From assembly GCA_000993565.1 (NCBI GenBank), contig LBWK01000001.1, forward strand, positions 492,208 through 556,207: DNA of 64,000 nt. Direction: 5' to 3'. The translations under genes were made by a program, and so were the position numbers. Every line of letters starts with the position of its first letter. Position 1 is the stretch's first letter. The stretch comes from a candidate division WS6 bacterium GW2011_GWF2_39_15 (GTDB taxonomy: Bacteria; Patescibacteriota; Dojkabacteria; SC72). The notes beneath the pieces were generated by a model, which saw nothing but the letters and a program-made list of their open reading frames with translations, made no database searches and had not been told where the DNA came from. Below, in pieces: positions 18,589-28,537 of the stretch.

Positions 18589-19018
18589 ATGCCATACTTC
18601 AAAGATTTTAATAGCTGGAATAAATTGAAGATTAAACTAAATAGATCTAGACAAAACGTTCCCTTTTTTTAAAGAAAGAGAGGTATGGTGGGCATCAATA
18701 GGTGTCAATATTGGATTTGAAGAGGATGGAAAAGGAGCTCAATTTACACGCCCAGTATTAATATTGAAAAAATATAGCAAAGCCTTATTATTCGGAGTAC
18801 CTCTAACTCGTCAAAACAAAGAGAATCCCTACTACATTTCCATTGATGCGAAAGGAGAAAGGGTATCAGCTATGATTTCACAATTGAAAACATTAAGTTC
18901 CAAAAGACTTCTGAATAAAATATTTGAAGTAAGCGAAAGGGATTGGTATAAAATTACATCTGAATTGCTCAAAACTTTTTCTTTTACCTCCCCCCAGAGC
19001 GGGAGGAGTCGTGGCTAA
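18589..19018 (+). pseudogene. PemK/MazF-family endoribonuclease toxin gene interrupted by one +1 frameshift in a T7 homopolymer (about 18664-18670). The ORF track shows only the C-terminal 84 aa, from a TTG
   Basis: The frame from ATG 18589 reads MPYFKDFNSWNKLKIKLNRSRQNVPFF then stops. The next frame continues KEREVWWASIGVNIGFEEDGKGAQFTRPVLILKKYSKALLFGVPLTRQ...DWYKITSELLKTF with no in-frame ATG/GTG/TTG before 18764. Removing one T gives a contiguous 143-aa PemK-like protein with the RPvLvl...vPlT core. Confidence 0.55.
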
Positions 19019-19075
19019 TGCCAATTTGAGTAGATTATACAAAATGAAAATAATCAAATCAAATACATTCTTACC

Positions 19076-19729
19076 CTACAATGAATTCTTGTATTCATTT
19101 ATAACGTTTTGAGTATATTTCGAGTTTGGAAGAAACTTCCACCAGAATATCCTATTCATTGAATACAGTTTAAACAGAAATGTGAATATCCGGTTCCTGC
19201 TCATGTTTAAACTCCTGAAAAACCTGTCTGTACTTAGCTCTTCTATAGTATCTGCTTCAAAAAGGATTTGGGATACTTGAGGGTACTTCCCCGTCAAAAG
19301 GAAGTACCAGATAGGGAGGTTATGATCCCGAATTGCTCTTGCAGCTTTTTCAAGCCTTTTTGGGCTGACATATTCCTTCAATTCTCTTCTTACAATTTTC
19401 TCTGATTCATAGGCTTCCATTATCAAACCATAGAGTGTCCAGCCTTTGATTCTTGCTTTGTATGAATCGTGCCACCAGACGGAGATAGAAATAAGTTCTT
19501 TGTCAATTTCTTTTTCTAATCTCCCTTCCCTCTCTAATGACCTCATTATTTCTATAGCGTGCTTTTCAACTTCAGAAGCATGTTCATAATCATGTCCCCT
19601 GTTTATACCGTTTTTCATCCATATCTTTCCCAGTTCTATTGCTTTACCCTCATCATACTTCTCCATATCATTCATTATATCAAAGAGTATTATAAGTTGA
19701 TTAGATATGATAATAACTATATAATTCAA
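19076..19729 (-). CDS. HD-domain phosphohydrolase-like protein. The probable start is the internal Met (MNDMEKYDEG)
   Basis: 217-aa ORF. Candidate metal ligands are H...HD (GHDYEH) and a second HD (WWHDSYK). Confidence 0.4.
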   Translation of the reverse strand: MNYIVIIISNQLIILFDIMNDMEKYDEGKAIELGKIWMKNGINRGHDYEHASEVEKHAIEIMRSLEREGRLEKEIDKELISISVWWHDSYKARIKGWTLYGLIMEAYESEKIVRRELKEYVSPKRLEKAARAIRDHNLPIWYFLLTGKYPQVSQILFEADTIEELSTDRFFRSLNMSRNRIFTFLFKLYSMNRIFWWKFLPNSKYTQNVINEYKNSL

Positions 19730-19739
19730 GTGTTTCTAT

Positions 19740-19831
<92 letters not shown>

Positions 19832-20080
19832 TATATTCACTGTATCGACAAGACCCACCTCCCTTCCTTAGGAAGGCTGATTGGGATTGAGTTATTTCCA
19901 CCTTAAAAACAGTGTTTTCAAAATAATAGCCAGGTGGATAAAAAGGCTAACAAGTGGTAGTTTTAAAAAGCTTTTGGTTTCATTAACTCTCCAACAGACA
20001 TCTCCAGACTTGTATAGCAATAAATTTGATAGAAAGAACCAGATATTGAATTTCTTTTCAAATTAAAAAAGCCTATACTT

Positions 20081-21484
20081 ATGACATATAAAGTAAGAAG
20101 GAAACAAATGAATCAAGAGAAGGACAAAAAAGAATTAGTATTGGAAGAACAAGTAGAACACACAAAAGAAGTGAACCAACTTGCTTTAGGCGAAGATATA
20201 ACCCCAAAAATCAAAACTACAGAGCAACAAGGGAAGTCAGAGGCTAAACAGAAAAAGCTAACCATGAATAAATTGGTAGTTTTTCTTGCTGTGTTATTAA
20301 TAGTAGTCGGCGGGGTCATCTATTACTTTGTGAGTGAGAAGATCAAGATAAACCCTCAAAACACTAATAAAGCCCCCCAACAAGTATACAAGGCGGATAG
20401 CCAGGCCATAATAGATGGCAAAGCACTAAGCAACGGATGGTGTGAAGGCGAAGAAAAGCCTAAACTTAATACCCTTCCAATGAAGTACGATGATTTCAGT
20501 TTTATAATTCCTTATGGCCTCAGTGTCGGAGGGCATGTGACGCCGATAGATCATCAGTATTTTTCCCCAACGGTCTTCAATTCCCCTCGTGATACCTACG
20601 ATGTGGTCGCTATGGCCGACTCAACCATCGTTGACATCGGACCACGAACCACTGACAAGGGTACTGAGTACCGCTTTGTCTTTTCACTGAGTTGTAAACT
20701 TTTTTACTATTACGACCTTGTCACCAGCCTCGCACCAGATGTCCAAAAAGTCTATGATGAAAGCAAAAACGGGGGCAGGCCACTAGTATTAAAAGTCAAA
20801 GCTGGACAACTTATCGGCAAGATCGGAGGGCAAACCTTGGACTTTGCCGTGTGGGATATGGACGAAAGACTAAAAGGTTTCGTCGTGCCAGAGCATTATG
20901 ATGGCGAAGGTTGGAAAATACACACCGTTGACCCTCTAAATTATTATACAGAAGAGCTAAAATCGCAGGTATTAACCAAGTACATCCGAACAGCAGAGCC
21001 GATTAGCGGAAAGATAGATTATGATATAGATGGCAAATTAGTAGGAACTTGGTTTAAAGAAGGAACTGTGGGATATATTCCACCTGGAAACGTGGGTGGC
21101 GAAAGCTACTGGAAAGGACATCTTTCATTTGTTTACGACCATTTTGATCCAACAAGCATCGTTATCTCAATTGGAGATTATGCAGGAAAGGAAATGCAGT
21201 TTGGTGTAAAAGGCAACAAACCGAACCCAGCCACCGTAGATACAACCACAGGGCTTGTAAAATACGAGCTAGTAGAGCAAGACTGGGAGAGTTTAAGCGG
21301 AGACTTTTGGGATAGAAATACATTAATAAAAGGCTTAAAAGCAAAAAATCATGAAGAATATGTTGTGGGGACTGTCCTCGTCCAAATGCTTGAAAATAGA
21401 AAAATAAAATTCGAAGCATTTCCAGGTAAAAAAGCATCTCATATCTATGTTTTTACCACTAACGCAAAAATTTTTGAAAGATAG
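20081..21484 (+). CDS. Membrane-anchored protein with a degenerate LytM/M23-like domain lacking the HxH zinc site. The likely start is MNKLVVFLAV
   Basis: 467 aa. Signal-anchor helix. The segment HVTPIDHQYF...DVVAMADSTIVDIGP...LVLKVKAGQLIGKIGGQTLDFAVWD follows the M23 fold pattern (HxxxD, V-x-x-G-Q-x-IG), but the catalytic HLH is replaced by LDFAVWD. Confidence 0.45.
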   Translation: MTYKVRRKQMNQEKDKKELVLEEQVEHTKEVNQLALGEDITPKIKTTEQQGKSEAKQKKLTMNKLVVFLAVLLIVVGGVIYYFVSEKIKINPQNTNKAPQQVYKADSQAIIDGKALSNGWCEGEEKPKLNTLPMKYDDFSFIIPYGLSVGGHVTPIDHQYFSPTVFNSPRDTYDVVAMADSTIVDIGPRTTDKGTEYRFVFSLSCKLFYYYDLVTSLAPDVQKVYDESKNGGRPLVLKVKAGQLIGKIGGQTLDFAVWDMDERLKGFVVPEHYDGEGWKIHTVDPLNYYTEELKSQVLTKYIRTAEPISGKIDYDIDGKLVGTWFKEGTVGYIPPGNVGGESYWKGHLSFVYDHFDPTSIVISIGDYAGKEMQFGVKGNKPNPATVDTTTGLVKYELVEQDWESLSGDFWDRNTLIKGLKAKNHEEYVVGTVLVQMLENRKIKFEAFPGKKASHIYVFTTNAKIFER

Positions 21485-21628
21485 AATACACCGAATTGCT
21501 TCACTGACACGCTTGCAAATTTTGGCGAGAAATCCGGAAGCGAAATAGAAAAAGTTCTAGACTCATATATTCACGGTAGTGACAAGCCCTACTCACCCAC
21601 CATTCTCATTTTGATATAATTAAAACCA

Positions 21629-21979
21629 ATGAATAACACTCGCATATTTAAAACCTCTTTCGCCAGTGTCTACCCTCTTTACATACAGAAAGCAGAGAAA
21701 AAAGGCCGTACAAAGAAAGAGGTAGATACAATTATTTGCTGGCTTACAGGATACAACCTACAAACACTACAGGAACAAATTGATAAAGAAAATAGTTTTG
21801 AAACGTTCTTTCAGGAAGCTCCTCAAATAAATCCAAAGGCATCACAAATTAAGGGAGTGATCTGTGGATATCGTATAGAAGAGATTGAAGACAAACTCAT
21901 GCAAAAGATTCGGTACCTTGATAAGCTGATCGATGAACTCGCCAAAGGACGAGCAATGGATAAGATTTTAAGGGAATAG
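21629..21979 (+). CDS. DUF2200-family protein
   Basis: 116 aa. [37 protein letters not shown] matches my recollection of the DUF2200 conserved N-terminus. Confidence 0.5.
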   Translation: MNNTRIFKTSFASVYPLYIQKAEKKGRTKKEVDTIICWLTGYNLQTLQEQIDKENSFETFFQEAPQINPKASQIKGVICGYRIEEIEDKLMQKIRYLDKLIDELAKGRAMDKILRE

Positions 21980-21992
21980 AAAGATTAAACCT

Positions 21993-22838
21993 CTATATTT
22001 TCACCGCCCTATCTAACACTGCACCAGCACCCTTTAAAAGTGCGTACGTAACTTTATCCATCCTTGTACCATCAAAAATTGCCTGTTTAACCTCACTATA
22101 GTGGAAGAATACATTTCTCAGAGTTGCATTTTTAAATGATGTATTCTTAAAAGAAGAACTACTGAAAACCACTCCCTCAAATTCTTGATTATCAAAGGAG
22201 ACATTATCTAAATCCAGATGACGAAACTCTGTACTATTAAAAATGGTGCCATCAAAGGTTGCACCATGCAGAGCTGAGGCATTAAACTTTGTCCCGGTGA
22301 GATTAGCTCCGCTAAAATTACCGTTCGTCAAATCACTTGCGGCAAAGATAGCATTCGTCAGGTTTGCGTTTATAAACGATGCTCCTCCTACAGCAGCGGC
22401 CCGAAATGTAGAATTGGTAAGGTTTGAGCCGTCAAAAACTGCTCCTATCAATGCACTGTAGCTGAAATCTTCATCAGATAAATCAGAGTCGCTCAGATCA
22501 GCACCCTCTAAAACCGTAGACGCAAATTTAGAAAATCCCATCAACGATTTAGCCTGTTTAACGGTGTTCTTTATTACCCCACGCAACCCGGACACCTGCT
22601 CCTCCCTATTTTCCGGCTTTTCCTTGGTATGAGGAATCTGTTCCATGATCTCTTGAACATCCCCAAACGAATCAACCGCCAACTGATATGCTTCGTCATC
22701 ACTCTTGCCCTGTTTTTTTAAGTCTTTATATTTTTCAACGAGATTGGCAAGTAACTCTTTGGTGACATCTGCCCGTGCAGGAAAACTGCCGTAAGGTGCA
22801 AATGCTTCATCTAAAAATTGCTGTAATTTCTTTTCCAT
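21993..22838 (-). CDS. Pentapeptide-repeat protein with an N-terminal DUF1700-like helical domain
   Basis: 281 aa. About 30 consecutive A(D/N)LxxA(N/S)F-type pentapeptides (ADLSDSDLSDEDFSYSALIGAVFDGSNLTNSTF...). Immediately downstream of the PadR regulator. Confidence 0.8.
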   Translation of the reverse strand: MEKKLQQFLDEAFAPYGSFPARADVTKELLANLVEKYKDLKKQGKSDDEAYQLAVDSFGDVQEIMEQIPHTKEKPENREEQVSGLRGVIKNTVKQAKSLMGFSKFASTVLEGADLSDSDLSDEDFSYSALIGAVFDGSNLTNSTFRAAAVGGASFINANLTNAIFAASDLTNGNFSGANLTGTKFNASALHGATFDGTIFNSTEFRHLDLDNVSFDNQEFEGVVFSSSSFKNTSFKNATLRNVFFHYSEVKQAIFDGTRMDKVTYALLKGAGAVLDRAVKI

Positions 22839-22846
22839 AGTTTTAT

Positions 22847-23191
22847 TTATAATAATTTATCTAATATTAATTTTGCGAAATCCCAGTTTCTCTTATTACT
22901 TTCATACAATTCACGACCGCTTTGAGTGATGTGGTAATACTTTCGCCTGCTTCCCTGAGTCTCATCCCCCCAATACGAAACAATATGCTTATCATTTTCC
23001 AGGCGCTTCAGACTTGAGTACATAGTAGCTTCTTTTAGTTCGTACTCCTGATCTGAGTTCTCATATACAAGCTTCGTAATTTCGTAGCCATATTTATCGC
23101 CCCCTACTAAAAGGGAGAGAATAATAGTATCGGTATGTCCGCGAAGTAAATCTGCTGATATCTTTTTGCTATCCATGACTACATCATACAA
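22847..23191 (-). CDS. PadR-family transcriptional regulator
   Basis: 114 aa. Winged-helix core HTDTIILSLLVGGDKYGYEITKLV...YSSLKRLENDKHIVSYW. Confidence 0.8.
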   Translation of the reverse strand: MYDVVMDSKKISADLLRGHTDTIILSLLVGGDKYGYEITKLVYENSDQEYELKEATMYSSLKRLENDKHIVSYWGDETQGSRRKYYHITQSGRELYESNKRNWDFAKLILDKLL

Positions 23192-23371
23192 TAGAATACT
23201 ACGACTGTCAAGGTAGTGTACAGAATACAGACTTACAGATTTGTATATTTCGGCATGTCTTTACCATAACGGTAAGATATTAGGCTGTGCTGTAAAGAAT
23301 GGCAATATTCAAAAATATCTTATTACATTTGTGCCATAGTCTTTCGAAGCAGAAATTACAATACCGATTAC

Positions 23372-23986
23372 CTACTCAAATTCTGAAATTAGGAAACTAC
23401 CCTTTTTATCCAAGAAGAATTTAAAAGAATCACAGTAATCTACTTTGTGTTTATATCCATTTAATGAAGTCATCAAATATTTAAGATCAATATTTTTTCT
23501 ATGAACCAATCTTAGTAGAAAAAGTCGCATGAACTTAGCATGCGTAAAGATGACTATCTCATCTTGAGGAGACTTTTTTATTTTCGCTATTGTGTTGTCA
23601 ACTCTTTTCACAAATTCTATAAAATTTTCAACGTCTGTATCTGTTCTATGTTCTGGATCGTTCCTTAGCCAATATTCCTTTCTCAGAATTTTCTTTGCTT
23701 CCCCTTCCAATTTATCGGATAAATAATAGTATTCACTTACTTCTTCCCACGTTTCTGCGGCAGAATTAGGATATTTTACTCTTAATGGGTTCGCGGTTTG
23801 CTGAGCTCTTTTATACATAGAACTTACAATCAAGAGAGAAGTTGAGCTTGAATTGAAACTATCCGCAAATGTTTGTGACTGTAAATTCCCTTCGTTAGTT
23901 AAAGAATCTTTTTCCTTCCCTTCGCCTTCATTGCCCTGCATATTCGAAAATGCCTCTCCATGTCTAACTAAACGAATTGTCTTCAT
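23372..23986 (-). CDS. Histidine phosphatase superfamily protein (phosphoglycerate-mutase-like)
   Basis: 204 aa. N-terminal IRLVRHGEAFSN (RHG catalytic motif) and a downstream H in VIFTHAKF. Confidence 0.7.
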   Translation of the reverse strand: MKTIRLVRHGEAFSNMQGNEGEGKEKDSLTNEGNLQSQTFADSFNSSSTSLLIVSSMYKRAQQTANPLRVKYPNSAAETWEEVSEYYYLSDKLEGEAKKILRKEYWLRNDPEHRTDTDVENFIEFVKRVDNTIAKIKKSPQDEIVIFTHAKFMRLFLLRLVHRKNIDLKYLMTSLNGYKHKVDYCDSFKFFLDKKGSFLISEFE

Positions 23987-24507
23987 TATTGATGAAGTAG
24001 TTGAATAATTGAGTCGGTAATCTCATCTGCGGTATTTGTTTCAGAGCTAAATACTTGGCAATTTGGATCCCTCTTTTCCAGATACTTATTATACCTAATC
24101 ATAAATTGTTCTTCATTATTTACGGATACAGACTTACCTTCGGCTACTCTAATCGCTAACCTCCGGAGCAATTCTTCCCTACTCGCTTCGATATTCACTT
24201 CTACATATTTATATCCTTTAGTCTTTGCAAGAGAGGTATAAAACTCTCGCATTTCATTCATAATACTTGCGCTTCCTTCAACAATGATTGAAATATCTTT
24301 ATTTACAAGTTCCTTACAAAGTACAAATAATAAATCCATAATCAAAGCCCTATCCTTTTCGGCTTCAAAATCAGAAAGTTGCACTTTTAATTTATCAAAA
24401 GAGGGTCTAAAAAGTCTTTTCTCCTTTTTAAGGATTAAATCGGAGACAGTGGTTTTACCTGCACAAATTGGCCCACCAATCATCAATATATACTTATCCA
24501 TATACAA
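23986..24507 (-). CDS. P-loop kinase-like protein. Its stop overlaps the start of the phosphatase gene (ATGA)
   Basis: 173 aa. Walker A is MIGGPICAGKTTV. Small nucleotide/nucleoside-kinase-like size, lid-like RRLAIRVAEGK. Confidence 0.6.
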   Translation of the reverse strand: MYMDKYILMIGGPICAGKTTVSDLILKKEKRLFRPSFDKLKVQLSDFEAEKDRALIMDLLFVLCKELVNKDISIIVEGSASIMNEMREFYTSLAKTKGYKYVEVNIEASREELLRRLAIRVAEGKSVSVNNEEQFMIRYNKYLEKRDPNCQVFSSETNTADEITDSIIQLLHQ

Positions 24508-24615
24508 ATTATATCACAACAAAAAGAATGTACCCTCAGTCTTAGCCTCCTCTAAATTTACAAAATCTGGACTCTTGCTATAATGAATCAGGATCAAACT
24601 AGATAAGAATAGAAA

Positions 24616-25095
24616 ATGAACAAGACGCTCAAACTCGTAATTCTAGTACTTGCTACATTGGTAGTCTTCGGAGGGGCCTTTTTATACTTGTCCCGAGATT
24701 CTAAAGAGCCTCCGAAAGAAGAAGGGAAAAAGACAGAAGATATCACAGAGCCGATTCAAGAAAAACCTGTAAACAAGTTGTGTGACTGGGTTGATGATTC
24801 TGACATCATTATCAAAATAAACTTCGCGGAAGGTGTTGAGAAAGAAAACTCCTACGAAGCGGGTTTCTATTTCAGTCCGATTATATCCACTATGCGAGTA
24901 GCGAGAAAAGAATGTGATTATAGAACAGGTTTTTCATTCACAGAGCTAAAAGGGAAAACTGCCGCAGACGTTGGAGTTAGGAACTACTCAGATAATACAA
25001 GAAGAAAACTGATTGGGGAACCTATTGATGTCAATTTCGATTCAAATGGGGTACCAAATATAGGGACTAGCATTGAGGTAACTATTGCAAACTAG
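24616..25095 (+). CDS. Hypothetical secreted or anchored protein
   Basis: 159 aa with an N-terminal TM/signal (LVILVLATLVVFGGAFLYL). Confidence 0.45.
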   Translation: MNKTLKLVILVLATLVVFGGAFLYLSRDSKEPPKEEGKKTEDITEPIQEKPVNKLCDWVDDSDIIIKINFAEGVEKENSYEAGFYFSPIISTMRVARKECDYRTGFSFTELKGKTAADVGVRNYSDNTRRKLIGEPIDVNFDSNGVPNIGTSIEVTIAN

Positions 25096-25150
25096 GTAGA
25101 AAGCAGGATTATACTCCCTTACTAATATCTCCGTTTTACTTTTATTAAGT

Positions 25151-25759
25151 TTGAGGTATATTGTCAGTATACATATATATAATAAAAGGATTATGAAGAA
25201 ACTATTAGTAACTCTTTCCTTCTTTTTTATTATCTTTCTTACCCCTACTCCGCTACATGCAGTAGACAAAATGGTATTTGATTCTACTGATAACTACCTT
25301 GGGGGCTGCCAGTTAACAGATGAATCCGAATGGGAATTAACAAAAGATTTATCTGTTACTACTTTTCAAATGTGGTATAGATGGACAGAAGGAGAGACTT
25401 CCTTACCAATAACTGTTTATAAAGACGGAAAGGAATTTGCAAAATTTGATGCAAAAAGAAGCTCTTGTGACCCATATCAACAACAGTGGTGCAATGCTGA
25501 TTATGTAATGAATAAAACGTTTCCTAAAGGAAAATATTCTACGAAAATTGACAAGGAACAGCAGTGTTTAAAACCTGGTAGCACAGGAACAATCCGTCTA
25601 TATGGAGCGGAAGCAACTACGACATCAACATCTTCTACAAAATCTACTTCATCTTGCAAACAATCGATCGTATTACCAATCGTATTAACAGCGGTGGTAT
25701 CATCAGCACTGACAATAGCGATTCCTCGAATGATATCGAAAAAGAGATCGGCACAATAG
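25151..25759 (+). CDS. Hypothetical secreted protein with a Ser/Thr-rich stalk and a C-terminal TM anchor
   Basis: 202 aa. Signal peptide ending ...TPLHA; ATTTSTSSTKSTSS; C-terminal helix IVLPIVLTAVVSSALTIAI. Confidence 0.45.
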   Translation: MRYIVSIHIYNKRIMKKLLVTLSFFFIIFLTPTPLHAVDKMVFDSTDNYLGGCQLTDESEWELTKDLSVTTFQMWYRWTEGETSLPITVYKDGKEFAKFDAKRSSCDPYQQQWCNADYVMNKTFPKGKYSTKIDKEQQCLKPGSTGTIRLYGAEATTTSTSSTKSTSSCKQSIVLPIVLTAVVSSALTIAIPRMISKKRSAQ

Positions 25760-25809
25760 AGAAGATATCAGTTAAGAGGAATCTTTCTTCTGATGCTCTA
25801 TAATATCCT

Positions 25810-26724
25810 ATGGAATTACCCTCTCATCTTAAATCTCTATACTCTCACCTCCTCAAACATACTATTAAACCTACAAAAGATTTAAGTTTCAATTTCGACA
25901 ATGATCTGTATAAATCCATCATCACTTTCTCTAATGAGCGAATGAGGATATATGAGAATAAATCCCAAGGTTTAAAACCTCCCTATACCTATAATCCCAT
26001 ACTAAAGGAGTTTAGATTCTGTAATATTTACAGAGAATTGGATAAACAAACAATAGACTTTCACACTCTACTAAAACCTTATGTAAATGATCTTCCTCAC
26101 TGGTTGTTAAATATGCTTTTATGCAGATTTATATGTAAACCTGAAACCATTGAAGAGATCGGGTTACTGAGTTTCGATGAGAAAAACAACGCAAAGGTAT
26201 ATGAAAAACTTCTTTCACTCCCCTCTCCCAAGTATGGCAGTGCATATATCTTTCCTATTTCTCTAATTCAAAAATCCAATCATAATACCAGGGAGAAGTT
26301 CTTCTGTTTCTATCTTCCAGAAATTGTTCACAAAGTATCTGACGTTATAAGAATGTTTAAAGATGTATCCGTAATTAATGCCCTTGAAAAAATCCTTCCT
26401 ATATTCAAATATAACTTCAAATTTCACTGGACAGAGGTATTAATAGATATTGCATATCAATATCCTGATTACATAGATCTTTTTAAAAGATTTCCCATAG
26501 GTCCGGGCTCTCTACCTACAATGAAAAGGTTGAATAGTTCAAAACATCCTGAAGATGTATGCCTGGATCTTGTATCAACGGTTCCCAGTAATTTTGAGTA
26601 CCTTACATACAATGGAATACCTCTATATTTAAGTGCAGAAAACTGGGAGGGAATTGGCTGCGAATATAGGAAGTATACAAATCTTAAAGAAGGTAAAGGG
26701 AGAAAGAGAAAATATATAGTATAA
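25810..26724 (+). CDS. Hypothetical protein with no recognised family. First gene of a five-gene plus-strand cluster
   Basis: 304 aa, soluble. Conserved-looking blocks FRFCNIYRELDKQT, YGSAYIFPISL and RFPIGPGSLPTMKRL. Confidence 0.5.
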   Translation: MELPSHLKSLYSHLLKHTIKPTKDLSFNFDNDLYKSIITFSNERMRIYENKSQGLKPPYTYNPILKEFRFCNIYRELDKQTIDFHTLLKPYVNDLPHWLLNMLLCRFICKPETIEEIGLLSFDEKNNAKVYEKLLSLPSPKYGSAYIFPISLIQKSNHNTREKFFCFYLPEIVHKVSDVIRMFKDVSVINALEKILPIFKYNFKFHWTEVLIDIAYQYPDYIDLFKRFPIGPGSLPTMKRLNSSKHPEDVCLDLVSTVPSNFEYLTYNGIPLYLSAENWEGIGCEYRKYTNLKEGKGRKRKYIV

Positions 26725-26726
26725 TA

Positions 26727-27236
26727 ATGTATATGTCAGACTTGTTTAAATACGATTCACTCCAAGAATTTTTCAGTATATACCAAAAAGCTGTTCTTAA
26801 CTTCCTAAACCAATATGATCTAGATATATCCGAATTAGTTCCAGATCACTTAGGAGCACTTACACACAATAGTGAAGAGTTTGAGAGCGTTACAACAATA
26901 CTTCTTAGCCACTCTCAAATGATAAAGGAGATTCAACTAAATAACAGAAGGGTTCGTGTTTTCAAATTAAACCATCCTCTTTTAGGAGATTTCACAATTC
27001 CTAAAATTGAGATTTTCGAGCCTAAGCCCGAGTCTGATTTAGCCAAATTAAGGTATGGAATAGAGCATATTTCCTTTACAGTTAAGAATTTTGATAACTT
27101 CGCAAGTGCTGTTGTAAATATCCTTCCAATTGCTAAACAGGGACAGGTAGGAACTTCAAAATTCATGAAAACAGAGATTATTAATACTGTTGAGATAGAA
27201 TTCAGAAGTGATTCATTAGGAGAAGAATATGCATAA
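26727..27236 (+). CDS. Possible VOC (glyoxalase/bleomycin-resistance fold) family protein
   Basis: 169 aa. Two bab-like half-motifs: PDHLGALTHNSEEFE and GIEHISFTVKNFD. Weak call. Confidence 0.35.
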   Translation: MYMSDLFKYDSLQEFFSIYQKAVLNFLNQYDLDISELVPDHLGALTHNSEEFESVTTILLSHSQMIKEIQLNNRRVRVFKLNHPLLGDFTIPKIEIFEPKPESDLAKLRYGIEHISFTVKNFDNFASAVVNILPIAKQGQVGTSKFMKTEIINTVEIEFRSDSLGEEYA

Positions 27237-27954
27237 TTACCTCACCCTATTTAAAACCTTAAAACCCCTTACCGTTGTTTGTATAGGTGACAGTATTACT
27301 TCTCAGGAATGGTGTCATCCTAATTGGTATGACTGGCTTAACTTCACATTCAGACAGAATACAGAATGGGAAAGCGGTGTTAAAAGGAAAATAATCAACT
27401 CTGGACATGACGGGGCAGATGTAGATGATTTTCTAAATAACTTTGATTTGACTATCGCCATTTATAAACCTGACGCTGTAATCGTATCTCTTGGAGACAA
27501 TGAGATAGAAAAACCAGAAGGATTTGAAGGCCGAACACGAAAATTGCTCTCCCGAATACAAAGTATAAACGCTGATATTATCCTTTGGTCAACTTACGAA
27601 GCACCAAATCCTAAATATTCACAGGCTCTTTCAAAGGTAAATGATACATACAAAAGACTGGCTCAAGAGTTCAATGCCGTATATATAGATATGTACTCTG
27701 AATTTAAGAAGTATGATCTTTCTAAACTCTTTACATTTGTATACCCATGGGAAAACAGGCAATGGGGAATGAAGCCGGGAGATATAGATTTTCTGCACTG
27801 TAACGAAATTGGCAACCAAATCATTGCAGAGAAAATACTAAAAGAAGCATTTGATACAGACCTAAACTTTATAAATGAATGGAAAGATTTTGGAACAATG
27901 CACAGGCAAGACACAACGACTTTCAAAAGACCAATTTCCAATAGTTTAAATTAA
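27229..27954 (+). CDS. SGNH/GDSL hydrolase family protein
   Basis: 241 aa. Block I VVCIGDSITSQ (catalytic Ser), block V DFLHCNEIG (D-x-x-H). Overlaps the previous gene by 8 nt. Confidence 0.75.
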   Translation: MHNYLTLFKTLKPLTVVCIGDSITSQEWCHPNWYDWLNFTFRQNTEWESGVKRKIINSGHDGADVDDFLNNFDLTIAIYKPDAVIVSLGDNEIEKPEGFEGRTRKLLSRIQSINADIILWSTYEAPNPKYSQALSKVNDTYKRLAQEFNAVYIDMYSEFKKYDLSKLFTFVYPWENRQWGMKPGDIDFLHCNEIGNQIIAEKILKEAFDTDLNFINEWKDFGTMHRQDTTTFKRPISNSLN

Positions 27955-27967
27955 ACTTCAGAAAAAT

Positions 27968-28429
27968 ATGAAAAAGGCAGAACAAACATCAATAAACAAT
28001 ATACTCGATAATACCCATCTTCTATCTATGGCAACCATAAAAGAAGGCACGAGTTATATTAATACAGCCTTCTTTGCGTACGATGATATCTACAACCTAT
28101 ACTACCTCTCCCCTTCTGATTCACAACATAGTCTAAATATTAAAGAAAATAATAGTGTAGCTGTTACTGTTTTTGACTCACACCTCACCTTCTCAAATAA
28201 ACTATCCGGTCTGCAAATGTTTGGAACAGCTCAACAGGCAAAGGGGAAAGACCTCTTAAAAGGATTTCTTCTTTACGAAAAAAGATTCTCAATCTTTGGT
28301 GAAGAAATAAAAAGACCAATAGATTTAAAAATATGGCATACAAGAATGTATGTTATTAAGCCTAAAACAATAAAGATATTAGACGAGGCTGCGTTCGGAG
28401 TAGAAACATGGATAACGGTAACAGTCTAA
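27968..28429 (+). CDS. Pyridoxamine 5'-phosphate oxidase-like FMN-binding split-barrel protein
   Basis: 153 aa. LLSMATIKEGTSYINTAFFAYDD...NNSVAVTVFD is the PNPOx-like barrel pattern. Confidence 0.55.
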   Translation: MKKAEQTSINNILDNTHLLSMATIKEGTSYINTAFFAYDDIYNLYYLSPSDSQHSLNIKENNSVAVTVFDSHLTFSNKLSGLQMFGTAQQAKGKDLLKGFLLYEKRFSIFGEEIKRPIDLKIWHTRMYVIKPKTIKILDEAAFGVETWITVTV

Positions 28430-28537
28430 TAAGTCTCCTTCTATTTCATTGATATAAAAGGATTTTCAGAGTATAATGCCCATATCCACGGCTATAAAAC
28501 TTGTAGATAAATTATATAACTTTTACTCCTAACGTTT

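Noticed and set aside
19862-19876. Palindrome CCTTCCTTAGGAAGG just downstream of tRNA-Ser(GCU), considered as an intrinsic terminator.
   Set aside because: The stem is only 6 bp and has no U-tract. This is insufficient to call a terminator.
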